The position numbers were made by a program, and so were the translations under genes. Positions 28,364-38,719 of a DNA stretch of 64,000 nt are shown here, piece after piece. Position 1 is the first letter of the stretch; each line of letters starts with the position of its first letter. The stretch is from positions 608,001 to 672,000 of the forward strand of contig CBDFIJ010000004.1 in the NCBI GenBank assembly GCA_965248055.1. Direction: 5' to 3'. Source of the DNA: Candidatus Multivoradales bacterium (GTDB lineage: Bacteria; Acidobacteriota; Thermoanaerobaculia; Multivoradales; JAHEKO01). The notes beneath the pieces were generated by a model that saw only the letters and a program-made list of their open reading frames with translations, made no database searches and was not told the origin of the DNA.

Positions 28364-29178
28364 ATTCTGCGGGGCCTGAATTGCCGCCTGAATTGGGCCC
28401 TGAGCCGTGCCTCGACCCACTGTCCTCCTTCCCCACTGACGAGAAATTGCGGACTTGGATTGGTGCTCGCTTGGCCGATGGTAGGTCGCGCGTCACCGGG
28501 GCGCGTGCTTACAGCAGCGCGGTCTTTCGCTATGACTATGACGAGGGTGCTTTGGCGATCAAGACCCCGGTTGGAGGTTTCTGGCAGCGCCAGTTACTGC
28601 GCCGCGAACTGCGCGCCTACCAAGCCTTGCAGGGGATCGATGGATTGGTTCGCTGTCACCAACTCCTCGACGGGCAGTGGCTGATCCTGGACTGGCAAGA
28701 AGCCACGCCATTTCGCTTTGCAGAAATTGGTGATCACGAGCTTTTCTTCCAACGTCTACGCACCATCCTCGATGAAATGCACCGACGTGGGGTCGCCCAC
28801 GGCGATCTCAAGAAGAAAGAGAATTTGTTGGTCGCCCCTGGAGATCAACCGATCGTCTTGGACCTGGGCACTGCCGTTCTTCGTGGACGCGGCTTGGGTC
28901 TTCTGGTGTTCGGATGGCTCAAACGGGTCGATAACAACGCCTGGCTGAAACTTAAGTATCAGGGAGACTTCAGTAGCCTCAGTAAACAGGATCGGCGCTA
29001 CTTTCGGCCCACGCTTCTAGAACGGCTGGGCCGTCGCCTGAGAACTCCCGATCAATTGCCCGAAGGCCGCGATCGAGAGCACCCCCAGGTGTCTCAAGGA
29101 GCTGGGCCGACCGGTACCGAGACTTCCAGCCGATTTCGCCGCACCAATGGGTCAGAGAGTTTGCCGGGAGATGATTAA
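28351..29178 (+). CDS. Atypical kinase (RIO/Kdo-WaaP-like)
   Basis: LAIK, RRELRAY, HRRGVAHGDLKKKENLL, VLDLG; start placed at GTG 28351. Confidence 0.75.
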   Translation: MVSLDSAGPELPPELGPEPCLDPLSSFPTDEKLRTWIGARLADGRSRVTGARAYSSAVFRYDYDEGALAIKTPVGGFWQRQLLRRELRAYQALQGIDGLVRCHQLLDGQWLILDWQEATPFRFAEIGDHELFFQRLRTILDEMHRRGVAHGDLKKKENLLVAPGDQPIVLDLGTAVLRGRGLGLLVFGWLKRVDNNAWLKLKYQGDFSSLSKQDRRYFRPTLLERLGRRLRTPDQLPEGRDREHPQVSQGAGPTGTETSSRFRRTNGSESLPGDD

Positions 29179-29698
29179 TTTGTCTGACTACCAAAAACAG
29201 GAACGGACTCTGCGTGAGCTACGCGACAGCATTTCTGCCGACATGGCGAGGGTGGACGACGACCGATTCAACCGCATCCCAGAGGATGGCGGGTGGTCTG
29301 CTGCACAAACTCTGTCGCACGTGATCGGCGCCGAACGCAAGAGCTTGGCCTACCTGCAGAAGAAGATTCAAAAACCGGAAGCGATTCAAGAGGCAGGACT
29401 AATCGCCGCGATCAAGAGTGGTCTATTAACGCTTGCCATGGCCTGTCCCGTCAAGATCAAGGCACCGCCGGGGAGCCCTGAGATCGTCCAGCAGGCTTCG
29501 TCCGCTGAGCTGGATGCTGAGTGGACCGCAGTACGCGATAACTGGCACCAATTCCTCATCGCCTATCCACGAGAGTACGCCGACAAAGCGATCTATCGCC
29601 ATCCGATCATGGGTCGTTTGACGCTCGATCAAATGCTGACCTTTCTCGCCAATCATCTACGGCGCCACAGTGGTCAGATTCGACGGGCGCTGGAGTAA
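29171..29698 (+). CDS. DinB family protein
   Basis: GWSAAQTLSHV, HPIMGRLT, HLRRHSGQI. Confidence 0.85.
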   Translation: MINLSDYQKQERTLRELRDSISADMARVDDDRFNRIPEDGGWSAAQTLSHVIGAERKSLAYLQKKIQKPEAIQEAGLIAAIKSGLLTLAMACPVKIKAPPGSPEIVQQASSAELDAEWTAVRDNWHQFLIAYPREYADKAIYRHPIMGRLTLDQMLTFLANHLRRHSGQIRRALE

Positions 29699-29737
29699 GA
29701 CCGATTGGCCGTTGGGGTAGCGTTGGATTGAGCCGTG

Positions 29738-29925
29738 CAGATCCCGGCCCCCCACCCTCACACCCGCCGGGATGACGTATGTCTGTACCGCGCGGATGAC
29801 GTAGGTGGTCTAGCGGGGATGACGGCGGATGGCGGAGGCGGTATTCCAAGTACTAAGGCGGACCACCGCGATGATGCAACTATCGTCATCCCCGAAGGTC
29901 GGGGGTCCTGGGGGTCGGGGATCTT
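29738..29925. repeat. Cluster of CGTC-type REP-like palindromes
   Basis: CAGATCCCGGC...CGCCGGGATGACG (29738-29777) plus degenerate copies; same unit at 61451, 62028 and 62310. Confidence 0.8.
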
Positions 29926-30048
29926 TCAAACGTAGCGATCACCCTGGATAATGGAACGGACAGCTCCCTGGGCCTCCGAGCTCATCACCGCCTCGCAGGA
30001 TTCTCTACTGGGGCCGGGCTAGATCTCCCGGAGCAAACATTCTGTAGG

Positions 30049-30435
30049 CTACAAAGCAGCCAGGACCCGATCCAATCGCTCGGTGGCTTCTTGGGCCACC
30101 GCTGCCATCTCGTCGCTGCCGGTCAACTCGACCATGATCGCCGGATCGATGATCGAGACCACCGCTCCCTCTCCTTCTTCATAGACGATCACGTTACAGG
30201 GCAGCAACAAGCCGATATTCAACTCGCTGTTCAACGCTCGGTTGGCGAGATGCGGGTTACAGGCGCCCAGAATGATGTAGCGGCGAAAGTCGGCGTCGAT
30301 CTTTTTCTTCAAGGTTGCCTTGACGTCAATTTCGGTGAGAACACCAAAGCCCTCATCCGCGAGCGCGGCGGTCACTTTCTCCACCGCGTCGTCATAGGAC
30401 TCAATGAGCGGCTTACTGCTGCCATACGGTTTCAT
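30049..30435 (-). CDS. DUF302 domain protein
   Basis: GFGVLTEIDV, ILGACNP, IGLLLPCNV. Confidence 0.92.
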   Translation of the reverse strand: MKPYGSSKPLIESYDDAVEKVTAALADEGFGVLTEIDVKATLKKKIDADFRRYIILGACNPHLANRALNSELNIGLLLPCNVIVYEEGEGAVVSIIDPAIMVELTGSDEMAAVAQEATERLDRVLAAL

Positions 30436-30579
30436 CCTGGGACTCCATCTCGGTTAATTGGTTGTTGCCATAGCACTCGTTATCCCTGGCGAGAGTAATC
30501 AAGCGACCGGCCCAAGATGCGCGTCGCCTCCCGCGGTGGGTGGCCGGAGGAGATTTCCACATTGTGGCTCTCCACCCGC

Positions 30580-32553
30580 TTAAACCAAGTCAGCGTCGGT
30601 GATCACTTCCACCAAAGCGGGGCCAGGATGGGCCAGCGCGTCCTGCAACGCATCATCCAGCTGGTCCCGTTCAGTAACCCGAACCCCCTTGGCTCCGCAC
30701 AGCTCGGCGTAGTCCGCGAAGTTGGGATTGTGCAATTCGGTCTGCCAGACGTCCCAATTCCCCGACCGCTGCTCTTTGGAAATTTTGCCCAATTCACCGT
30801 TGTTGAGCAGCAGGTGGGTGATGTTCATCCGGTATTTGACCGCCGTGGTCAACTCCGCCAAATACTGACCAAACCCGCCGTCCCCAGAGATCGAGACCAC
30901 CGGGCGACCGGTGAACGGCGTGTCTGGCTCCTGGGTCGCAGCCCAAGCGCCCATCGCCGCAGGAAACCCGAAGCCGATCGAGCCCAAGTATCCCGACATC
31001 AGCACCGCTTGCTGGTGGCATTCAAAGTAGCGACCAAAGGAATAAGTGTTATTGCCAACGTCGACGGCAATGATCGCATCGGCTGGCGCTACCCTATTCA
31101 TCGCGTCAAAAACCGCTGACGAGGAAATCCCTTTCCCGCGCTCCTCCCCCAGGCGCCGCTCTTTCTCGCGGCGCCAAATCGCCCAGCGCTCGGTAACTTC
31201 AGGGGTTTGATCAACGGTTGCAACCGGGTTGGCCTGGACGCGGTCGGTCAAGGCTCTGGCAGTCACGCCGATCTCTCCCCATAGCGGCACCGCGACCGGA
31301 TGGAATTTGCCCAAGATCATAGGATCGCGATCGACTTGCACGATCGGTCGTTTGGCGGTGATACCCGTGTGATTGGAGAAGCTGGCACCAAATACCAACA
31401 ACGCATCCGACTCGTTCATGAACCAACTAGCGATCGGCGTGCCGCTGCGCCCCAACACACCACAACCCAATGGATGATGATCCGAGATCAGTCCCTTGCC
31501 CTTGAAGGTGGTTAAGACCGGGCATCTAAGTTCGGTTGCCAACGCAATCACCGAATCCATCTCGAAACGAGCGCCATGGCCCACCACGATCACCGGACGC
31601 TTGGCGCTGCGGATCAACTCCATTGCCTGTTCGAGGGCGGCCTCAGGCGGCGCGATGGTTTGATTCGGCAGTCGGCCTTCCGGGCCCCCTGGCTCCTTCT
31701 TGTCCCCAACCACCACGTTCTGCACTTCATCCGGAAACACCAAGTGCGAAACACCGCGGTTGAGAATCGCACTCTTGGTGGCCAAGTTGACCAACTCCGC
31801 GTGCCTTGACGTCGACAACACGGTCTGGCCCCACTGAGCGACCTTGCCGAATGCCGCCATCAGATCTACCTCTTGGAAGGCGCCTGGCCCCAGCACTTGG
31901 GTGTCCACTTGGCCAGTCAGCGCCAAGACCGGCGAACGGTCGACGTTGGCGTCCCACAGCCCGGTCAACAGGTTGGTCGCCCCCGGTCCGGCAATCGAAA
32001 AACAGGCTGCGGGTCGTCCCGTCAACTTGCCGTAGGCGGATGCCGCAAACGCCGCCGCCCCCTCATGCCGAATCCCATAGAAAGCCAGATCTCCCGCTTG
32101 CTCCTGACGGCGTAGCGCGTCGGATAGACCCAAATTTGAATGCCCAACCATTCCCCAGACATGGCGAATACCCCAGGCGACCATGGTTTCCACCATCAGA
32201 TCACTCACCGTGCGCGCGTGCTGTGCTTCCGCGGGCAACCCGACGTAGACCCCATCCTCGCGTTCTTCCACCGCAAAGGTCTCAACGCCATCGTCAAATC
32301 CAGGCGCCTTGCCGGTAATCGGGTGGTAATCCCAGCCGTGCCAGGGACAACGCAACAAACCGTTTTCGATCGACCCCTCACCCAAAGGACCCCCTTGGTG
32401 AGGACAGCGGTTGTCCAATGCGCCATATGCATCCCCAACTCGCGTCATGCATAGGGTTCGATGACCGCAAGTCACCGCCTTGACGCGACCTTCGGCCAAC
32501 TCGCTGGAGTCGAGAACGCGGTGCCATTGAGTGCTCGATTGATTATTGCTCAT
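30580..32553 (-). CDS. Rieske [2Fe-2S]-ThDP enzyme fusion (pyruvate oxidase-like)
   Basis: CPHQGG...CPWHG; IRHEGAAAFAA, GPGATN, GDGG...NN. Confidence 0.9.
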   Translation of the reverse strand: MSNNQSSTQWHRVLDSSELAEGRVKAVTCGHRTLCMTRVGDAYGALDNRCPHQGGPLGEGSIENGLLRCPWHGWDYHPITGKAPGFDDGVETFAVEEREDGVYVGLPAEAQHARTVSDLMVETMVAWGIRHVWGMVGHSNLGLSDALRRQEQAGDLAFYGIRHEGAAAFAASAYGKLTGRPAACFSIAGPGATNLLTGLWDANVDRSPVLALTGQVDTQVLGPGAFQEVDLMAAFGKVAQWGQTVLSTSRHAELVNLATKSAILNRGVSHLVFPDEVQNVVVGDKKEPGGPEGRLPNQTIAPPEAALEQAMELIRSAKRPVIVVGHGARFEMDSVIALATELRCPVLTTFKGKGLISDHHPLGCGVLGRSGTPIASWFMNESDALLVFGASFSNHTGITAKRPIVQVDRDPMILGKFHPVAVPLWGEIGVTARALTDRVQANPVATVDQTPEVTERWAIWRREKERRLGEERGKGISSSAVFDAMNRVAPADAIIAVDVGNNTYSFGRYFECHQQAVLMSGYLGSIGFGFPAAMGAWAATQEPDTPFTGRPVVSISGDGGFGQYLAELTTAVKYRMNITHLLLNNGELGKISKEQRSGNWDVWQTELHNPNFADYAELCGAKGVRVTERDQLDDALQDALAHPGPALVEVITDADLV

Positions 32554-32564
32554 GGAATCTCCGT

Positions 32565-33482
32565 TTAATTGCCGTTCTCTACTGTCTGTCGATAGTCGCT
32601 CGGAGAAGCCCCGTAGCGCGCGCTGAATGCCTTGGAAAAATGGCTGCGACTGGAAAATCCCAACCGTGTCGCCAACTGCTGCACCCCCAGATCGCCGTGT
32701 TGCAAGATCCGCTGCGCTTGATGCATCCGGACGCTATTGACGAAGCGCTTGGGCGACTCACCGAAGCTCTCTACGAATGCCTTGGCAAATGCCGATCGGC
32801 TCATCGCCGCAACTTCAGCCAGCGATTCCACCGTGTGCGGTCTACCGGGATCATCGAGAATGTGATCGAGGACTCGTGCAAGCCGAGTGTCCTCAAGCGC
32901 TGCTAACCACGGAAAAGGACACTCTTCACCCTCGCACAGACGGCGAAAAAAGAGTACCAGACCTTGAAACATCAGCGCATCGACCAAAGCGTGATGCCCC
33001 GGACCGCGATCCGCTTGCTGGCGCAAGATCTCTTCAAAAATCGTCGCCGCCTGGGCTGAATCGGACAGATCAACCATTAACGGAGTACGCAGCCCGCGAA
33101 ACAGATCCAAAGAGTCGCCGTAACCAGCTAGCATCTGACCACATGCCACCACCACCACGGTATCCTTTTCGTCGCCAGCAACCAAGCTGACCACTTCCGA
33201 AGTCGTCGCTCCGGCGCCAATCCGCAGCTCTTGGTTTGGTGCGTTGTCGGCCTGCAAAGCGTGAGAGACCCCAGTGGGCACCACCACCATGGTGCGTCGA
33301 ACAAACGACTCGACCGTCGATTCGCCCAGTGTCACCATTTGCCCGTCACCCTCGAGCACGAAATGAACCAGGGCGCCATCTTCCGGACCCGGCAAACTCA
33401 GACGCCATCCAGGGCTTAGTTTGCACAGCGCGAAGTTCTTGATTCGCACATCTAAGCCGTTGAGCAGTTTCTCCAAGAGCAT
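32565..33482 (-). CDS. AraC-family regulator with cupin domain (RclR-like)
   Basis: VHFVLEG cupin; MSRSAFAKAF, LGFSSRSHFSKAF. Confidence 0.92.
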   Translation of the reverse strand: MLLEKLLNGLDVRIKNFALCKLSPGWRLSLPGPEDGALVHFVLEGDGQMVTLGESTVESFVRRTMVVVPTGVSHALQADNAPNQELRIGAGATTSEVVSLVAGDEKDTVVVVACGQMLAGYGDSLDLFRGLRTPLMVDLSDSAQAATIFEEILRQQADRGPGHHALVDALMFQGLVLFFRRLCEGEECPFPWLAALEDTRLARVLDHILDDPGRPHTVESLAEVAAMSRSAFAKAFVESFGESPKRFVNSVRMHQAQRILQHGDLGVQQLATRLGFSSRSHFSKAFSARYGASPSDYRQTVENGN

Positions 33483-33624
33483 GTCGGTTGACTATATCCT
33501 GCGGGCTGGACGAAATCGCACCGATGCCGGACCAACCCAACTTCCAAAGTGGCAACAATCAACCTGTTAACTAGGAAGTCACTCGGGAAACCCTCGAGTG
33601 GCTCCACAACAAGGAGTCTTGATC

Positions 33625-34413
33625 ATGAAACTCTCTCGCCTTGCATTGTTCACCTTGGCTTTAGTCGCCCTGGCTGGGGTCGCCTTTCCTGGCGTAGTCT
33701 TGGCCCAACTGCCCAATCCCGGCCTAATCATTGAACCAGGGCGCACCGCCCTAGTGATCACCGATCCCCAGAACGACTTTCTAAGTCCCGAGGGAGTCAC
33801 TTGGGGCGTGGTCGGCGCAAGCGTCGAGGCCAACAATACCGTCGCCAATATCCAGGCTCTGCTGGATACCGCCCAAGCGACCGACACACCGATCTTCGTC
33901 TCACCGCACTACTACTACCCCACCGATCACGGGTGGAAATTTGGCGGCGCGGTCGAAACCATGATGCACGCGATCAACATGTTTGATCGAGAAGGAGCTC
34001 TAACCACGGCCGGATTTGAAGGCTCCGGCGCCGATTGGCTGCAACAATACAAGCCAATCCTTAACCACCCCTCCACCGTGATCGCCAGCCCGCACAAGGT
34101 TTACGGACCGGAGACCAACGACTTAGTGCTGCAACTGCGCAAACGCGGCATCGAGAAGATTGTCCTGGCTGGTATGTCGGCCAACCTCTGTACTGAGTCA
34201 CACATGCGTGAACTGATGGAACAAGGATTTCAAGTGGCAGTCGTGACTGACGCCACAGCCGCGGCACAAGTCCCAGGCCTCGATGGCTACGCTGCCGCCC
34301 TGGCCAACTTTCGCTTCATCGCCAACACCGTCTGGACCACCGAAGAAGCGGTCGCCAAGTTGAAGGGAGAGGAACTTCCTGCCGTAGAGGTCGTGGAGAG
34401 CACCGAATCCTAA
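33625..34413 (+). CDS. Secreted cysteine hydrolase (isochorismatase family)
   Basis: Signal peptide; ITDPQNDF, PHKVY, AGMSANLC triad; AAGGAG RBS. Confidence 0.9.
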   Translation: MKLSRLALFTLALVALAGVAFPGVVLAQLPNPGLIIEPGRTALVITDPQNDFLSPEGVTWGVVGASVEANNTVANIQALLDTAQATDTPIFVSPHYYYPTDHGWKFGGAVETMMHAINMFDREGALTTAGFEGSGADWLQQYKPILNHPSTVIASPHKVYGPETNDLVLQLRKRGIEKIVLAGMSANLCTESHMRELMEQGFQVAVVTDATAAAQVPGLDGYAAALANFRFIANTVWTTEEAVAKLKGEELPAVEVVESTES

Positions 34414-34438
34414 GAATCCACTGTTTCAGCCGAACGCG

Positions 34439-34470
34439 ATGAAGGTCCACCAACGGCGGTGGGCCTTCAT
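34439..34470. terminator. Hairpin between convergent genes
   Basis: ATGAAGGTCCACC-aacggc-GGTGGGCCTTCAT. Confidence 0.6.
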
Positions 34471-34688
34471 TCGCTTGAACCTGTACTGAAGCCGAGCCCG
34501 CATACGGGTCACTTCCTGACACGCCCGCACCAATCCGAGGTCGCACGCATTCTGCATGACCTCACCAATGCTGTCCTGATACCGCCCGAGCAGCCATTCG
34601 GCGCCTGCTCGCTCAACGGGCGAGAGGCCGCTCAATGAACCCATCCCATATCTACAACCTCCGCGAACCGGTGCTCCGCATCTAGTTA

Positions 34689-35744
34689 TCATTCCGACCC
34701 CATCGGTGCATCAGAGTCTCGGTCATCGGGCGTGAGTTGTAGAGCAACCTTGAAAAACTCCCCGGCACGTTCATGCTCTCCCGATTTGCTCGCTTCCTGT
34801 CCTTGATACCGAAGCATGTCCGTGGTCCACTTGACCCGCTGGGCAATCCACGGGTCGATCGGATCGAGCTGGCGTGCCAGCTCGATATCCCTTCCGGCAT
34901 TGATGTAGTCCTCGGTCTGGGTCAGTGACCAGTGCCGCTCCTTAAGGCAATCTAGACCCTGCGGAGCCAGACTGAGAGCGCTATCGAGGAATAGGATTGC
35001 TTCATCGAAGCGCTCCTCGCGATTCAGTAGATTGGCCTTCTCGCAAAGGAAATAGGGGTGATTTCCGAGCTGCAAAGCCGAATCGTAGAGCTGGTGAGCT
35101 CGGTGATACTCCTCATCCTCTCGGTAGTACCAGCCAGCGTCCATGAACCCATAGCCTTCCAAAAGCGCTAGCTTAGGGTTTCGCAGGGACAACTCGTCTA
35201 GTCCCGCTGCATAAGACTCCATTTGTCCGAATGATCCGCCCCAGCGTGGTCGCAGTGACCGCATGTATGTCGTACGGATCCCGAAGCACAGCTCACAGTG
35301 TTGGAGTGCGCGTTCCAGCCGCTCTCGGGCGGAAGGGTCTCCGGCACCGTTGGTTACCATAAGGTGCAACATATTGGCGTGAACTGCGACTGCAGAGGAA
35401 CGGAGCGACAGAGCTCTTTCAAAATCTGCCGCTGCCTGGCGATGGTAGGCAACCATTCTGTCGATTCGGTTCTGCGAGGTATCTTTGCCGTACTGATTGC
35501 CTCGGTAGTACCAACCAAGTTCGTAGAAATATGAGCCACGTGCCGCAACAGCTGCAAACGAGTCCGGATATCTCTCCACCCATTCTTCCAATAGCGGACT
35601 CAGCGAAGGGTCAGCTACCGCGAAGGCGGCGAACGCGGTCGAGGGCCAGAATTCCTTGCGAAAGTCGGTATCCATCTCATCCTGGTAGTAGGTGACGAAG
35701 CTTTCCAGGCGGTCGAAGTGCTCCAGACGTAAGAGATCCAAGAT
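34689..35744 (-). pseudogene. DUF4034/TPR protein, 5' end removed at IS481
   Basis: LEEWVERYPDS, GWYYRG, LRPRWGGS, TPRs; frame begins at the IS end and no N-terminal half is found on the other flank. Confidence 0.75.
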
Positions 35745-35746
35745 TG

Positions 35747-36998
35747 TGTCCTAGATCAGTACCTTTGAGACAGTCGGCGGGAGCACGACCCCTGGGTCGA
35801 GCTTTAGAAGGTACCTTGCCGGGGGTTTTCTTTTCAAGCTCTTGTGCGGCCTGTAGGTGTTGTAGAGGTCCTGGAATCTCTGGATGTAAGGTCTCAAAGC
35901 CGAGACAGTATCGGGTAGCTCATACATTTCATAAAACTCTCCTCTCCAGGTTTCCTGCATTCGTTCGACGGTGCCGTTGAGCTTCGGACTCTTTGGCGGC
36001 AGCACATAGAGGGTGATGCCTCTATCTCGGCAGGCTTTCTCAAATTCATCCATAAATTCACTACCACCGTCCACTTGGATCGAGGTGATGTCAAACGGAC
36101 ACTCGGCAATGACTTTGTCTAGAAAGCGTGCTGCACAGCGAGAAGTGGCACGTTGATAGATCTCTCCCACTGTCCACCGGCTGACCGGACAGGAGGCTGA
36201 AAAGTGTTTGAGCCACTTGCCTGGAGCAGGGACCAGATGCAGCGTGTCGATCTGCAGTCGCTCGCCAGGGCGCGTTGGTCGGGGACACCATTTCGGCAGT
36301 CGCTGAGCGTGGAGCCGGCGCATACGCCGGGAGTTTTTGTACTTCTGGCGCCGGTAGCGTACCCGGTGGATTACCCCTCGATCCATCAATTTGCGCAAGA
36401 TACGCCCGACAGTGGCTTCTGATACCTCAAAGCCCTCGCCCTGGATCAGCGGCGCTAGGGTTTCCTTGCCCCAGGCAGGAAAGTCTCGACGGAGACTTTC
36501 GACTCTCTGTACCAATTCAGGTGACCAGTCAGCCTTACGCACCCGCTTGGGTCGGCTTGATATCGGTTCTAGATGTCGGGGGCCACGCTCAAGGCGTTTG
36601 CGCCAGCGGTAAAGGGTAGCTCGACTCTTGCCCAAGATCTGAGCTGCTTCTTCACCCGAGATCCCCTTGTCGCGTAGTTGCTCGAAGCTCGCAACCAAGC
36701 GCAGCCGATCACGAGCCTGAGAGCTTAAGACAACGATGTCTTCACGGTAGTACTTGTAGAAACTTGGATCGAGTGCGACGATTTGCATCTGGGGGCCTCC
36801 CTTCGTTTTGGGTTATTCGATAGACCCGAAGGATCTTGGCCCCCTTTTTACTTGTCAAGGCTGTGGATGATGATGGGCTGGTGCAAAGCCAGCTACGCTT
36901 GCCTTCCCACAGCCCTTGGAAATCTCTCACGAGATTCCCACATCCCCCACAGCCTCGGCGACTAACGGCGCTGTCTCACAGGTGTTTGATCTAGGTCA
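35747..36998 (-). mobile_element. IS481-family element
   Basis: Imperfect inverted ends TGTCCTAGATCAGTACCTTTGAGACAG and CTGTCTCACAGGTGTTTGATCTAGGTCA; no target duplication seen. Confidence 0.82.
35751..36788 (-). CDS. IS481-type DDE transposase
   Basis: HTH SRATLYRWRKR; QID, QVDGGSEF, NGTVER, YNTYRPH. Confidence 0.93.
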   Translation of the reverse strand: MQIVALDPSFYKYYREDIVVLSSQARDRLRLVASFEQLRDKGISGEEAAQILGKSRATLYRWRKRLERGPRHLEPISSRPKRVRKADWSPELVQRVESLRRDFPAWGKETLAPLIQGEGFEVSEATVGRILRKLMDRGVIHRVRYRRQKYKNSRRMRRLHAQRLPKWCPRPTRPGERLQIDTLHLVPAPGKWLKHFSASCPVSRWTVGEIYQRATSRCAARFLDKVIAECPFDITSIQVDGGSEFMDEFEKACRDRGITLYVLPPKSPKLNGTVERMQETWRGEFYEMYELPDTVSALRPYIQRFQDLYNTYRPHKSLKRKPPARYLLKLDPGVVLPPTVSKVLI

Positions 36999-37183
36999 GG
37001 TCGTGGCGCTGTAACTAATCCTCTTCTAGGTAGCCGACATTCCTCCAGCATTGGTTGGCGCGCCAGCCCCAACACTGGATTGATTGGGACAGCGATTGAA
37101 CCCGAGCAATAGAGTCGAGATCGTTGAAGTCCGACTGACAGTTGCTAGCGGCTAGCCAGCGAATCTGCTTTGGATTGGAAGAC

Positions 37184-37267
37184 TGGTGCCGGAGGCGGGA
37201 CTCGAACCCGCAAGCCTTGCGGCGGAGGATTTTAAGTCCTCTGCGTATGCCATTCCGCCACTCCGGC
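37184..37267 (-). tRNA. tRNA-Leu(TAA)
   Basis: GCCGGAG...GAGGA-CT-TAA-AA-TCCTC, long variable arm, GGTTCGAGTCC, CCA end. Confidence 0.97.
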
Positions 37268-37363
37268 AGCAGCACAATCTTAACCCTGGCGATGGTATTG
37301 ACAAGACCGGATCAGCGAGTGTTTTTGTTAAAGTCTTGGTATGCGCGTTCGACTTTTTGGGCG

Positions 37364-37618
37364 ATGGCCTTGATTGCCATCGCGACGAGTAGTGTTTTCG
37401 TTCCTTTGGCCGCCCAAGACGTGACCTTCGAACGGGTCCTAACCGACATCCACCAGCCGCTGGGGATCACCCGCGCCGGCGACGAATCACAGCGCTTGTT
37501 CATCATCGAGCATCGGAGGACAATACGCGTGGTGCAAAACCAGCAGCTCGTGGCCGGGCTCTTCTTGGATATCCGCGATCGAGTACTGTCGGCCGGCGGG
37601 GCAGGGCCTGTTGGGTGC
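37364..37618 (+). pseudogene. N-terminal remnant of a PQQ-dependent glucose/sorbosone dehydrogenase
   Basis: QPLGITRAGDESQRLFIIE...FLDIRDRV; QGLLG continues in a shifted frame, then homology ends. Confidence 0.65.
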
Positions 37619-37681
37619 AGACCTGAAACCGTCATCAAAAACGTCGAGACGGACCCGAGTCTCCAGCGCTGGTTCCCAGTG

Positions 37682-38396
37682 ATGGCGACTCGTCGCGACT
37701 CGGACCACGAAGTGGTCGGCGCCGATGGGACCCAAGGTAGCTGGGTTGCGGTTTGCGCAAAGAATGGCCATTTTTCGAGCCTCTCCGAATACCCCGACAT
37801 TGCGACCCTGGCCGCTGCATTTCCGGCAGCATCGGTGATCGCCATCGATATTCCTCTGTCGTTTGCGGTAGGGGGTCAGCCTCGCGAGGCTGACATCGCT
37901 GCGCGACGTAGGCTCAAGAAGAGGTCCTCTTCCGTCTTTCCAATCCCGGCACGCGAGGTCATGGAAGCCCCCGAATATGCACAAGCCAACCTTCTTGTCG
38001 CGAGAAATCACCGGCAAAGGGATTTCCAAACAGTCCTACTCCCTCAGGAAGAAGATGATGGAAGTCACCGCGTTCATGAAACAGACTCAAGACGCGCGTA
38101 TTCGCGAGGTCCATCCCGAGCTTTCTTTTCAGGAGCTGGCCAGGCAACAGAATCGAACGATCACTGCGTCAAAGAAGACCTGGAACGGTATTGTCGAACG
38201 CTGGAGGCTTCTTCAAACTGTTGGCCTAGCCGCCACTCTCAAGCCCTCGACCGCGCTTCGCACGGCTGCGTTCGATGACGTGTTGGACGCCGCCGTGGGA
38301 TCTTGGACTGCTCACCGCATTGCCTCCGGGCAGGCACTCTCGATTCCAGAGAGCGGGGTAGCAGATCGGCCACCTGCAGAAGTGCTTTGGATCTAG
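37682..38396 (+). pseudogene. DUF429 (RNase H-like) protein, frameshifted near 37995
   Basis: VVGADG, IAIDIP, SSVFPIP in one frame; GISKQS, EVHPELSF, DDVLDA in the next. Confidence 0.75.
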
Positions 38397-38474
38397 ACGC
38401 CGCGGAGCTCCTCATTTCCGGCCTGCTGCTTTATTTTCCCACTGACTCGACTGGCTCAGTGAAATCGCTACGCT

Positions 38475-38559
38475 GCCGGAGTGGCGGAATTGGTATACGC
38501 AGAGGACTTAAAATCCTCCGCCTTCGGGATTGCGGGTTCGAGTCCCGCCTCCGGCACCA
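38475..38559 (+). tRNA. tRNA-Leu(TAA), second copy
   Basis: GCCGGAGTGGCGGAATTGGTATACGCAGAGGACTTAAAATCCTC...GGTTCGAGTCCCGCCTCCGGCACCA. Confidence 0.97.
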
Positions 38560-38719
38560 CAAATGGCTACCAGGGATTTTGACTTCTAGCCAAGTTCAAG
38601 CACTCGGTCAGAATTCGCGATCTTTCTTTTTTCTTTCCCTTTTTGGTTAGCGCGTGCGCCAAGCCCTGCTGCCATATTATCGGCACCTTTCTTAAGCTCG
38701 ACAACATACAATCCAGAAT

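Noticed and set aside
37142-38278. 378-aa ORF as a novel fusion protein
   Set aside because: Reads through an antisense tRNA, a dehydrogenase remnant and a frameshifted DUF429 gene
38475-38559. Second tRNA-Leu as an attL/attR duplication or misassembly
   Set aside because: Full length, inverted, and with structure-preserving differences
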